Shown here: positions 1 through 12,357 of the stretch, in pieces | Layout of the letters: each line of letters opens with the position of its first letter | Position numbering within the stretch: position 1 is the first letter of the stretch | Assembly: GCA_964016885.1 (NCBI GenBank) | Contig: OZ024742.1 | Location: forward strand, 88,288,001-88,352,000 | Source: Eledone cirrhosa | Lineage: Eukaryota | Direction: 5' to 3' | DNA length: 64,000 nt | The notes under the pieces: generated by a model | The model's input: the letters and a program-made list of their open reading frames with translations, nothing else | Told to the model about the DNA's origin: nothing | Database searches by the model: none | Position numbers and translations under genes: made by a program

Positions 1-257
1 ATAATGATTTCTTTATTAACCACAAAGGTATACACAAAGTAGACATTAAGGTAGTACAGGACAATATAGGACGGTACAAATGGGCATTTCTGCGTGTAAA
101 GAAAATCAAGAAACAGAGGATGTAATAATAGAACAATGAAATAATTCCCCAATAGGGGGAAGACTTCCGAGGGTCATTCGTGGAGAAAGCCCATTAAAAA
201 GACACAGTGACCCTGACCACCAGGGCAAGTGCCCTGTCTCAGTTTTCCACCTTTAAT

Positions 258-3200
258 TTACACACACATACTCAGAGTAGGCCCATTCACTCGGGCCATT
301 CTTGCCTCTCTCACCCATCTTTCAACAAAATGCTGAGAAGAGAGCACCTCCCTCTCTACCGTGATTTTCCTTTTCAAATGAAATTTGAAAAAGTTAATCA
401 GGGCATCACCAAAGAGGTAAGTGCTCGTCTTCAGCCCTTTCCTACGTGACCAACTTACTATATCTTTCGCCATGGCCACCAGACAGATAAAAACTTCCTG
501 CCCTTCCCGGCTAAAGGAAGAGGGCGGGGAAATCCTCAAAATGGACCCAGCTGTTAGCTGGATCCGTCCTACAGTAGGTGTTCGACATAAACGCACAATT
601 TAGCAAAGCTCGGACACTGGACTAGTGCGTGCAGGACGGTTTTGTCGCCATGCGCGCATCTCGGACATGCCCGGCTGACGGCACCTCCATGCCTGCAGAG
701 TTTATCCCGAACTGGCATAGCTCCTCGGTAGCACTGCCAGGCCAGAGATTTCTGGAAGTTGTATTTAGGCCCCGGCCCGAAAGTTCTCCGTAGAGATTGG
801 CTAGTTGATTTTCATCGACGCCTAGAGTTTCCCCAAGTACGTCGTCGCTCTTCCCCTCCACTAATCCTCTATAGAATGCCAAGGTGGAGTGTCCACCGAT
901 CACATTGCCCGATTGGTCGAGGGCTGTGAGCGCCTGAAGACATTGCAGTCTCCAAGCGCTCCCTCTCGGTCTTCGCTTGACGCAGGACTGCAGCTCCGTC
1001 AAGGAGACGAGCTGGGGAAAGACGCGTCTACCAAACTGCGACCACACCTGATCACCGTCGAGGAAGAGGTGGAAATGTTGTAGCCTGAGTGCGTATCTGC
1101 GCATCATCAGCCACGGCATTCCCAGCCCTCCACGTAGCGGGTGTTTACAGCAGATGGACAACCTGACCTTTGTAGCGCGTCACCCCCACAAAAAGCGAAA
1201 GAGCAAACGCTCCACCGCAGTCAGGCGGGGCTTAGGACAAGGTACGACTGTCAGGCGGTAGTAGATAACGGACGCGATATACGCGTTAGCCACCTCCGCT
1301 CGATCTTTCAGGGATAGCTTCCTCTCCGCCCATTTCTGGGTTGAGAGAAGCCACCCTGCTCGTCACTCGTCCCAGTTTTTGTCTGTCTGGAGGTCGGGAC
1401 CGAACAAGACCCCTAGCAATTTAACCGGTCCGTCCGTCCAGCGCCCGACGACGCTGTTGGACGGCATGGACCTGCCTCTCCAGGTGCCGAGCTGCAGGCC
1501 CACTGACTTTTCCTGGTTGATCATTGCTCTTGTCACCACTTCGTATTCTCTTAGTCTAGTGCCGATCGCCTCGATGTGTTTGGCGTTCGAGACCACTACT
1601 GTGACATCGTCCGCATATGCTGACACGGATCTTCCGCATCCTAGTTCGCGCGGGAAACCCCTCATCTTCTCCAGTTTGTGCAGTAATGGCTCGAGAGTCA
1701 ATACGTACAAGTGGGACGAGAGGGGACATCCTTGTCGGACCGATCGCATGATGTTGAACGGTTCCGAAATGTGACCGTTCACTCACACCACAGAGCAGAT
1801 GTTGCTGTGCATGGCAGCGATCCATCCTCTGAAGAGCCCAAAGCCAGCGGCCCTCAGGACTGCCGCTAGGTAATGATGGTCGACGCTATCGAAAGCTTTC
1901 GACTGATCTAAATTGATCATGGACCCACCCGTGCCAGGTTCCCTAGTTACCCGCCCCACTATGTATCGCATAAGGTGGGGGTTGTCGTGGATTAATCTGT
2001 CGGGAATGGCGCATGTCTGCGCCTCTCCCACCAGACCACCAACGACATGCGACAACCTCTTTGCTAGCACTTTGGCCAAAATCTTGAACTCTTTGTTTCG
2101 CAGAGTTATGGGCCTGAAATTATCTATGTTATCCCCCTTGTTCGGATCCTTTCTCAGCAGCGCCACAGCTCCTCGGCTCACAGAGCTGGAAATTCTCCCG
2201 TTCTGTTGCCAGTTGCAGTAGACGTCCGACAAGAGGCCTCCGAACAAGTCTGGCATCTGTACGTAAAGTTCATAGAGCAGACCATCCAAACCAGGCGAGA
2301 TACCCCTTGTGCAGCCAGTCATTGCCTCCCGTACTTCAGCGTCTGTTATCGGTTTTTCGCAACACTCCGCCTCAGTGGCTGAGAGCCGCGGCAGTCCGTC
2401 GAGGTAGACACTAAAGTCCATCTCTCGATCCGGCCCGACGCTTCCCATGAACAGCCGTGCGAAGTGTTGCTGAAAAGCTTCACACATTTTCCCGGGATCG
2501 AGTAGCATGTGTCCGTCGTGGTCCACCAAAGACCGGATCGTGGCTTTGTTGCCACGACGCGCCTCCGCCACTCGGGCCCATTGAACGGATTTCGTCCCCT
2601 CTTGTCTGAGAGCACACACCCTAGCTCTGACAACGCAGCCTTCGTACTTTGCATTGAAGAATTGGTCAAGGGCCAATTTCGCCGCAAGTACGTCGGTCGC
2701 GATGACTTTGTAAAGCGCCTCGTCTAATTTTCTAACTAATTCTCCCTCTGCTCTATTTTTCTCTATTGCTAAAGCCTTACTGAACCTAATTGCACTTTTC
2801 TGAGCAAACCACCACTTGTTGTTGACGATGGCCCCCGTCAACCCCCGCTTATCTAGTTCGCTAATCCGCTCTCTGTAGGCCTAGCTCGCTGGTAAGGACG
2901 CATTTAGCTGACTGTCTTGAATTGTCGACAGCCTATGCTAGACCTATCTATTTCCCTACAAAATACTCTATCTAGATATGATCTGGATGACCCTATGCGA
3001 TTTGTCCAAGTCCACATTGGTACATTCGGGAAATCCAATCGCTACCTGTCAGACAATTCAAAACGACTGAGCAGGTTGGTGAGACTCTTGCACCTTCCTC
3101 CCCTATCCACTAATCCCACACAGTCCCAGCGTGCATCTAAGATCCCGTTCCAGTCGCCCACTAACACTAAAGAGCGGGACGTTCCAAGAAACGTCTCCAG

Positions 3201-3575
3201 ACGCCGGAAGAAATCAGGCCGCCATGCTCCTGTCAGGGCATAGACGGCCACTAACATGAAAGCTTGCCCGTCTCCGCTGGTCACGTCCAGCACCACCAAC
3301 TTACCTTCTGGGTCCAGGAAGATGGCCCGTATGGCAAGATCCAAACCTCTCTGAAAAAGAACCTCTCTGAAAAAGAACGATCCCGGACGGCTGGTAGATG
3401 CGTACACATCGTAGCCGCCGAAGATCGCTGCGAAGGCCCGTGCTTCGGAGATTCTGGTCTAGCTGATGGCCACTACATCTATGTTTACTGACCTGAGGTC
3501 GTTGAGCAGGTGGCCCTGCTTCCATGACCACCCCAAGCCACGTATATTAATGCTACCTCTTCTGAGAGTAGCCAT
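258..3575 (-). pseudogene. Tx1 ORF2 (apurinic-like endonuclease + reverse transcriptase), frameshifted
   Basis: Fragments: GSINIRGL start near 3575, LVGDWN (APE), PGLDGL / FRPITL / LDQSKAFD, VRQGCPLS and AYADD (RT), GGLG thumb. Split over several ORFs. Confidence 0.9.
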
Positions 3576-3623
3576 GTTGGCTAAGATAGGAGAACACAAG
3601 TGAGAGGGGGGAGGTACAAACAA

Positions 3624-5475
3624 TTACCTGTGGCTCTTCTTTAGGAACGGGTTGGGTGATCCATCCCGCCGACCATTGGTGGGTTTTTCCAAGAGAATAT
3701 CCGTGGATATTCTTTTGGTGTTGTTCCCTTTGTAGTTTTCAACTGACGTGAGGAAAATATTTTTTAATGTTATGTAATTTCTTTGCGTAATTTCTATTAT
3801 TTTTATGTGTGTGGGGGTGCAATTTTGGTGGTTTGTACGAAGTTTGTTTCTGTGATGTTGGTGTGGTGTTGAATGTAATTTAAAAGCTTTGTGTTGTCTG
3901 TGTCTATGGCTGTGTATTGTGTCGGCTGTTTGGGTGTTAGTGTTTTCTGCCGTGTTGTTGGAGGTGACGATGGGGTAGATGCTAAGGGTGGTGGTGGTGG
4001 TGTTGATGGTGGTGGTAGTGGTGGTGGTGGTGGTGGCTGTTGTGTTGGTGGGGGTGATGGTGTAGGTGGTTGTGGGGGTGTGGCTGTTGATGGAGGTGGA
4101 GTAGGCGGGGTAGCTTTCATTTTCTTTCTTTTTAAGGTTCTTTTTTCCTCTCTTTTTTGGGGGGATGAGGGTAGGGAGTTCTTTCTTTTTTTTTGGAATA
4201 GTTCTCCACTCTTCGACCTCATCGCACTCCTTGTCCGATTTGGCTATATCAGGAAGGTGTATGCTTTCCATTGGTTTTGTGGTTGGTGGAAGAGATGGTG
4301 TTTTTATTTTTGTTGGGGATGGTGATTTCTCTTCTGTCACTGTGTTTTTTGTTTGTTTGTCTGCTCCAGTTGCGGGGCACGGCGTGGGGACAAGTCGTGG
4401 GCGCGTGCCTGTTTTGGTAATTTTGGGGCAGAATGCCTTAAGGTGCGTCTTGTCACCGCATCCGTGAAATCTTGGGCTCCTACCTTCGATACTCACGGGT
4501 AGATGGCTGCCGTCGTCCAGGTCTATTACATCGGGGATGGCCTCAACGCTTTCGTGGTTTGCTTGGATGATTAGCTCCATCCGCGACCTTGTCCAATTTT
4601 CCTGTCTTATTCGTATGACGTTGAATATGGTTGTTGAATCTTCAACGCCAGCGAGGACGGCTGCCGTCAGTCGACCCATCTCTACTGAGGGTGAAACCTG
4701 GCCTACTCCAACCCACACGACTCTCTGGCCGCAATATGTGGGCATCATTGTGATTTCGTCGCTGCGGAGTGGTGCAATGGAGTGTGCTTCCTGTGGTGTA
4801 GGGAAGAGCACATTCACAGTGCCATATCTCGATCCCAGGGCTATATATGTTTTCTGTGCCAAGACGGCACCCATAGCTCTGTGACTCCGTTGCCCGTTCA
4901 ACTCGCCTGAATTTTGAAACGATCGTGCGATAACTGACCGAACACAAAAGTTTGTTTCTTATTATATCAGCTGGGCGGGTGAGACTTACGCTGTGTCCGC
5001 TTTTTTTTTTACCAAGACCTCTGCTTGTTTTATCTCTTCGTTAGTGATGTTTATTTGCTCAAATTTGTTGGTTGCTTTCGCGAAAGACGTGTTTGTTTTG
5101 ATTTGTGTTGACACGTCACTAGTTTTGTCTTTGTTGCCGTCACCGATGTTTTTGTTTGTTTCTTTTTCCTCTGTGTTGCTGTTGTTATAGTTGTTGCTAT
5201 TTGTGTTATTTGTGGTTGTTGCTGTTGTTATTGTTGTTATTGGGGTGTTAGTGGTGTTTGATTTCTGTAACGCTGGAAAAGTTTCGTTATAATGTTCACT
5301 ACTGCTACTACAGTTCCAGTGACAGCTGCTGCTGATATCATTATCACTGTCGCTGTCGCTGCAGCTGCTGTTTCTCTTGTTTTTTACTTTGCCTTGTGAT
5401 TGGGTTTGAATTGGCTGTTCCACCCTCTGAACAACTCGCTGTTGCTCCCTGTGGACAATTTTCTTTGTCAGCCAT
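3624..5475 (-). pseudogene. Tx1 ORF1 (nucleic-acid-binding protein with degenerate zinc knuckle and Thr/Asn-rich tracts)
   Basis: ORFs 4986-5423 and 3624-4901. RFHGCGDKTHLKAFC aligns with CFRCGSKTHIRAFC (CX2CX4HX4C) in copy 2. ATG at 5475 in AAAAACATG context. Confidence 0.75.
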
Positions 5476-5695
5476 GTTTTTATTTTTTTATTTAGGGGTT
5501 ATGATTGTAAATACAAACAAATTTAGCCCTCAAGGGCGCTAGATACAGTTTAAAAAAACAATCTCCTTTGAAAGAGGGGTTCTTTAACTACACACCGATG
5601 TAAAAATATATTATTAGAACTTTCGATAACACTTTAAAAAAGTCAACCAACTTACTCCGCCGTAGTTACCGCCATTTAGAAAAAAAGAATAGGGA

Positions 5696-5743
<48 letters not shown>
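5696..5743 (+). repeat. (TAA)n microsatellite between two Tx1 ends
   Basis: Pure AAT repeat read directly. Confidence 0.98.
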
Positions 5744-5744
<1 letters not shown>

Positions 5745-5842
5745 CTTTCTTTATTAAGCCAAGGGTTTACACAAAGTAGACATTAAGGACAATGCAGGAC
5801 AATACAGGACGGTACAAATGGGGATTTCTGCGTGTAAAAAAA
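5744..5842 (-). mobile_element. Tx1 3'-end stub (~100 bp)
   Basis: Matches positions 6-100 and 12115-12210 (gctttctttatt...ggtacaaatgg...cgtgtaaa). Confidence 0.85.
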
Positions 5843-5844
5843 TG

Positions 5845-6014
5845 TCACTACTACCTTCCCTCTCCTAACAGGAGGTAGTGAGGGAATAGTTGTGGTAGGG
5901 TGATGGACTGGTGACGGTGGTGATCGGGTAGTAGTACTGTAGTAATGGTCTTGTTGCTGCTGTTGGTTTGTCTCTAGGTAAATTTGGTGGTAGTGTTGGT
6001 GGTGGCGGTGGCGG
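5845..6014 (-). repeat. Inverted fragment related to the ACC-rich leader module of Dong elements
   Basis: Reverse complement (...accacaactattccctcactacctcctgttaggagagggaagg) resembles 18575-18630 and 18880-18920. Confidence 0.5.
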
Positions 6015-7163
6015 TGCAGTGAATTCCCGAGCTGTGTTTATTATTAGGTACAGAGTGGAATTCTAAAATGGAGTGTTGCTGAACAGAAAGAAATGGATAG
6101 GAAGACTAGGAAGCCATTGACTATCTACAACATGTTCCACAAGAGGAGTGATGTAGATAGACTCTACTTAAAGAGATCTGAAGGTGGAAGTGGTTATATC
6201 AGCATAGAGGACTGGAGAAAAATAACCTGCACAAATACGTGACTGACAGTAGACCATGGGATGTCCAAGGAGGAAATAACAAGGAGGGGGAGCAACTTTC
6301 ATGAAAAATCCCTTCATAGTACCTTCTTTAAGAAAATTGAATTTAGAGATCCACAGACATGGAACTGGTTAAAAAGAGGAGACCTTAGAAAATCTACAGA
6401 AGGAATGCTAATAGCTGCGCAAGAGCAAGCCTTCAGAACGAAATGGGTGAAACATCATATTGACAAGGAGGAGGCTAGCCCACTGTGTAGGATTTGTGGA
6501 GAGAGAGAGGAAACTGTGGCTCACATTGAATCCGAGTGTAAACACCAAGCCCAGACACACTATAAAGGCTGGAGACATGATGTGACAGGCAGGGTCATAC
6601 ACTGGCATCTATGCAAAGTAAACAATTTACCACATTCTGAGAATGGGTATGAGCATAAGCCAGAGTCGGTGATAGAAAACGATCAGGTGAAGGTGCTATG
6701 GAATTTTAGGATACAGACGGACAAGAAATTAGAACACAATAAGCCTGACCTGGTGGTTTTGGACAAGGAAAAAGATCGTGCCTGATTGTAGAGATGTAGC
6801 CTGCCCATTTGACACGAGAGTGCAAGAAAATGAGAGAGAAAATTAACCGATACCAGGACGTAAAGTGGGAGTTAAAAAGGATTTGGAGATGCCATGAAAT
6901 CAAGGCCGTACCGATTGTCATAGGCGCACTAGGTATTATCTCAAAGAGACTCCAAGGATAGTTAAAGAAAATTAGTCCAGCCCCTCTTTTTGGAATACTT
7001 CAAAAGGCATGCTTGCTGGGAACAGCAAGAATCCCCCCCCCCCACCCCGATACGTTCTGAATATCTGAGGGTGCAGGTAGCGGCTTGATATTCATTTCAG
7101 CAAACTTTCTAGTTAAATAACATGAATGACTGAGACTCAAAGAACAATATTAATAATAATAAT
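6015..7163 (+). mobile_element. R4/Dong family A, 5'-truncated degenerate copy with short TAA tail
   Basis: ORF 6261-6785 contains CRICGEREETVAHIESEC, RHD and KPDLVV. The 3'UTR matches 26972-27045. Confidence 0.9.
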
Positions 7164-7931
7164 ATGATGTATGCACCAGCATCTCAAACGTGTTCAACAC
7201 TATGTAATGTATATGGAAGAATTGCGTATGATTTCCTCAATCTTGTGTTTTGGACTGATTGCTTGCAGCATAGGGGACACTGCTAAAACCACACGGGTGT
7301 CAGATGTTGGTATTAAACCAGGAGACGAATTAAAACCAGCATCCGTTTATATTACATACACATTTGAAATCAGAACGCACCCAACCAGGAGAAATACAAT
7401 AAAAGTTATCGAATATGCTAATAATTTGGTCTGCCCATGGGACACTGGAAACGTGAAGGCACGCAACCTGAATAACTATTGTATACCATTTTGTCATTAC
7501 TTCTAATGCTTTTGCACATAACCATATTTCAATGGCTGCAATATCAATTAGAAGAATGTGCATTATACAAAGAATAACGCGATCTATGCCAGTATGTTAC
7601 TCGGGATATATGTTCCTATTTTAATCAACATTTCGCTTTGGAGAGCGAGACGAACCATAAGATTTCCATTTAAATATTTACAACATAGTGAGTGATACAG
7701 ATTTGATAGTGTATAACTCAATTAAGAATTGCCTAAAATACGTCCTCCCTTCGCTCGAGCTTCTTTAAATTGTCGCTGATTCTCGCACATACTACGCTCT
7801 AAATTTCAATAAAAAGCGAAAGAGCTTCTTTCGTAAATTTAGCCCGTGATATCACATATAAAAAAGGCAAAATTGCGCTAGTTTCTTCCTAGAATTCTTT
7901 AGAAATAATTCTATTCGATCGGTATTCAACC

Positions 7932-7996
7932 GACAGTAGACCATGCGATGTCCAAGCAGGAAATAACAAGGAGGGGAAGCAACTTTCATGAAAAAT
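7932..7996 (+). repeat. 65-bp copy of 6245-6309 (Dong A internal sequence)
   Basis: gacagtagaccatgcgatgtccaagcaggaaataacaaggaggggaagcaactttcatgaaaaat is nearly identical to 6245-6309. Confidence 0.85.
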
Positions 7997-8003
7997 GTGT
8001 TTC

Positions 8004-8034
<31 letters not shown>

Positions 8035-8178
8035 ACAATATATATATATATATAAACAACAATCCGTATGAACTTTGAATGTTCTGAACTAAAATTAGAA
8101 AGCGGATCACCAACAATCAAAGTTCCGAATAACAACAACCATTCAAGAAACATCGTTAGTAATCATTATATGAAAATA

Positions 8179-8267
8179 TACTTTGCCTTTCATCCTTATG
8201 GGGTCGATAAAATAAAGTACCAGTAATGTACTGAGTTATTGCTGGCCTTGTGCCAAAATTAGAAACA
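8179..8267 (+). mobile_element. SINE family 1, 5'-truncated, with 14-bp TSD
   Basis: ctttgcctttcatcc...gggtcgataaaataaagtaccag...ccttgtgccaaaattagaaac is shared with the other SINE copies. TSD attatatgaaaata at 8165-8178 and 8268-8281. Confidence 0.85.
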
Positions 8268-9270
8268 ATTATATGAAAATAAACTATAATATCCGGGCGC
8301 ACATATATTCAAGACAAATTTACAGCTATAACGTTTTCAATTATCTTTTCCCGATAATCTCTCCGGTTTCCTATTGTTATCACACCTATTTACCACATAT
8401 GTATTTGCTATTGTTAGTTCTGCTATTTTAGTTATTGTAATGGGTGTTGCAGTTGTTCTCATTGTTGATGTTGCTGTGTTTTCTCCAGATAAAACTATTT
8501 GTCTTTATTCCCAATTTTTTCTTCTATTTGTTCGACCATCCAGAATATGCTCAAGATCAGAAAATGTAGTAAGTAAATGTCGTGACAAATTCTTGCTTTA
8601 TGTAAATCTCTCTAAATTAGTTGTGCATGTGTGCGTAGTATTTTATTTATTTCAATGCTATTTATATCTCTAAATTCTGTGGGCATTCATCTCTGTGTGA
8701 ACATGGAAATATCAGCAAATAAAATGCGAGAATTGCGATTTGGGGGGAATATATACACACACATGCGCATACATATATATGTATGGGCGTCGGTCAACGT
8801 GTGTACGTGTGTGTGAATTTGTAGGTGCCTTTGTGTGTTTTAAAATATTGCAGTTTTATGTCTGATATGTGTATATAAATACGCTATCTTATATGTTTTC
8901 ATACATAAATACATACTTCCATACATATATACATACATACATACATACATACTTATTTACATACATACATACATACGAAAGCGTTTTTTTTCTTTAATAC
9001 ACATATGGTCTGTAGGTAAGATTTTGCTAACAGAGCGGCTGATGTGTATATGTAGGTATCTGCGATGAGGTATGGTGGCACGTGTGTCTGAATTAAGGAA
9101 CCAACACTAGTGCTCTCTTAAAGATACGGAAAAGCAATTACTGACACTCTATAAAGAATAATCGTGAATAGGTAAATTATTGTTGTACTTGTTCCATTCG
9201 TCTTTCTTTTCAGCATGTACATATGTTATTGACAAATATAGTTTTTACTTCCATTATTGTGTTCTGTTAT

Positions 9271-9402
<132 letters not shown>

Positions 9403-10699
9403 TCGTATGTGGATGTATGTGTGTGGGTATCTGTGTGTACCAGCATGTGTGTGGGTGATATTTTGCGCTGTTATGCAATTATTTTTACTGGTTTAACATT
9501 TCATTTTTATTGTGATTTTTATTTATATTCCTTTTTCTTAATGGCTGCATGTATGTTATTTTCCTCATATAATATTATTTTAATGTTGATGCTTTGCTGA
9601 TGTTGTTATCATTGCAATTTACTTACGTGTATTGTTCGCAAAAACGTTAATACCCGAATAATTCCAAATATTCATCAGTTCTTCATTTTCCCATCTAACA
9701 TGTCTTCTTTATAGACCTAACAACTATTTTACTACTGTTCTTTTCTTTGTTTTCTTTTTGTTCCTTTCCTCGTGAGTGAATCATAATGTTTCTTCCAATG
9801 TGGAATAAACACATACATATATACAAATGAAACGACCTTTACACTCACAAATACAGACAACATGGTAGTTAATATATATTTTTACCAATGTATCTATTTA
9901 TATTTGTCTAAAGGAATATAGATATATATGCGTATTAGGCTCTCTACCCAAAATGTTTGTGAACATATGTATGGGAATATTTATGCTTCCTTTGTTAACA
10001 ATAATCGTTCAGCCATATTCAATTATTTCCGCCTTATACACGTTTCTTGTTGAAAATCAATCATGAAATGTTCCAAAGTCAATTTTGTTTTCAAGAATAC
10101 TTTAAGCCGTTGAAAATAAAACGTACCATGCTGTTTATTTCTGATTTTCTTTTATTATTATTCTGTCTATTACAAGTACGTGCTGATTGTTTGAATTCAA
10201 AAAGGAGGAGAAGTCGAAAGAGGGTCGAAGTTATTATTTAATATAATTCGACAGATTGTAAAAGGCCAGTACACTATGTAAAGATAGTAACATGTGTTAA
10301 ATCTAATTATAAATTAATATTCATATTATGAAACGCTCTAGTGGCATATGCTTATGCATATACATCTTATTAAACATTAAAGCAATGTTCACTTCATAAG
10401 CCACAACAGTCATTAATCATTCTAGGCTTTAGTCAAACGTAAACGTACATCTTAGATTTTACTCATCAACCTGTAATCAAGATGTCAAATATGCCAACCG
10501 AGGAAAGAAGGAAGCCTACAGGCTTGAATAGGAAATAAGTTCCCATCCTTACACTTGCGGTACAAGCAGACACGACGAATTGTAGCAGAGTCAATAAATG
10601 GGTCCACGGTTCTGACATGGGTCGACGTTTGAGTTAAACTGGAATTCGACTTCAGATCAGCAAATAAATTGTTCTACCAGACCATCCGCTGATTTTGTA

Positions 10700-10940
10700 A
10701 TAAGAATTCCTCTTCCACACCTACTATCAGGAGTGTGTCTGAAGTTCTCCTCCTTTCAGCGAGGTGTATCCTCCCGAGTTGGAGAGAATACATTGCTGAT
10801 CTTCTAAACTCAGCAACTTGTGGTGACACGGGGTATATCTGGGAGCGGTGAGTAATCTATCAGAGGTTGTAGTCATAACTCCAGTTAACGAGCTCAAATA
10901 TGGCAAGGCCGCTGGGGATGATGAAATCCGCCCCGAGATT
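10700..10940 (+). mobile_element. Degenerate RTE-clade LINE fragment
   Basis: Translates to SWREYIADLLN and LKYGKAAGDDEIRPE, typical of the RTE pre-RT region (RWKEYFEDLLN; GKAPGxDEIRPE). Left boundary uncertain. Confidence 0.6.
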
Positions 10941-12076
10941 CAGTATATTCCCGAGCTGTGTGTATTATTAGGTACAGTGCGGGAATTCTGAAATGGAATG
11001 TTGCTGAATAAAAAGAAATGGATAGGAAGACTAGGAGGCTAATGACTATCTGCAACATGTTTCATAAGAGGATGTGATGTCGATTGACTCTACTTAAAGA
11101 GATCTGAATGTGAAAGGGGTTTTATTAGCATAGATGACTGTGTTAAGATGGAGAAAAATAACCTGCACAAATATGTGACTGACAGTAGGGAGCCAATGCT
11201 CAAAATTGTACTGAAGGAAAATACAATAGACCATGGGATGTCCAAGGAGGAAATAACAACAAAGAAGAAAAGCAGCCTTCATGAAAAATCACTTCATAGC
11301 ACCTTCTTTAAGAAAACGGAAATTAAAGTTCCACAGACATGGAACTGGTTAAAAAGAGGAGAAATTAAAAAAGCTACAGAAGCAATGCTAATGGCTGATC
11401 AAGAACGAGCCCTCAGAACGAAGTGGGTAAAACACCATATTGACAAGGAGACTGTGGCTCACATCGTATCCGAGTGTAAACACATAGTCCAGACTTACTA
11501 TTAAGGCTGGATACATGATGTGATGGGCAGGGTGATCCACTGGCACCTATGCAAAGTAAACAATTTACCACATTCTGAGAAGTGGTATGAGCATGAGCCA
11601 GAGTCGGTGATATAAAACGATCAGGTGAAGGTGCTACGGGATTTTGGGATACAGACGGACAAGAAATTAGAACACAATAGGCCTGTATGATGGTTTTGGA
11701 CAAGGAAAAAAAGATATTGCCTGATTGTAGATATAGCCTGTCCATTTAACACGAGAGTGCAAGAAAAGGGGAGGGAGAAAATTAACCGATACCAGGATTT
11801 AGAGTGGGAGATAAGAAGGATTTGGAACCGCCATGAAGTCAAGGTCGTCCCGATTGTCATAGGCGTACTAGGTACTATCTCAAAGATTTTCCAAGGATGG
11901 TTGAAGAAGATTAGTCCATCAACGCTTTTTGGAATACTTCAAAAAGCATGCTTGTTGGAAACAGCAAGAACACCCCGATACGTCCTTAATATCTGAGGCT
12001 GCAGGTAGCTGCTTGATATTCATTTCAAAAACTTTCCAGTTAGATAACATCAATGACTGAGGCTCAAAGAAAAACG
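10941..12076 (+). mobile_element. R4/Dong family A, 5'-truncated degenerate copy
   Basis: Colinear with 25876-27045. Ends in the YVLNI* ORF terminus and the A-family 3'UTR. Confidence 0.9.
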
Positions 12077-12114
12077 ATAATAATAATAATAATATTAATA
12101 ATAATAATAATAAT
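12077..12114 (+). repeat. (TAA)n shared as tail by Dong A (+) and Tx1 (-), tail-to-tail
   Basis: Read directly. Confidence 0.95.
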
Positions 12115-12357
12115 GCTTTCTTTATTAACCACAAGGGTTTACATAAAATAGACATTAAGGACAGTACAGTACAATACAGGACGGTACAAATGGGCATTTC
12201 TGCGTGTAAAAAAACAGAGGATGTAATAAAAATAACAATGAAACATTCCAAAATAGGGGGGAGACTTCCAAGGGACATTTGTTAGAAAGCCAATTAAAAA
12301 ACCCCAGTGATCCTGACCACCAGGGCAAGTGCCCTCTCCCAGTTTTCCACGTTTAAT

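Larger units (their letters stand above)
6..5695 (-). mobile_element. Tx1/L1-clade non-LTR retrotransposon, near full length, inactivated (Tx1 copy 1)
   Basis: Minus-strand 5'UTR, ORF1 and ORF2 (APE, RT, C-terminal Cys motif). AATAAA at 12-17 (minus) is followed by the start of an ATT-type tail at the window edge. The 5' end abuts (TAA)n at 5696. Confidence 0.9.

Noticed and set aside
5660-5680. YY1-like ATGGCG motif at the Tx1 5' end (also 28033-28040)
   Set aside because: Too short, and not consistently conserved among the three Tx1 5'UTRs, to call a regulatory site.
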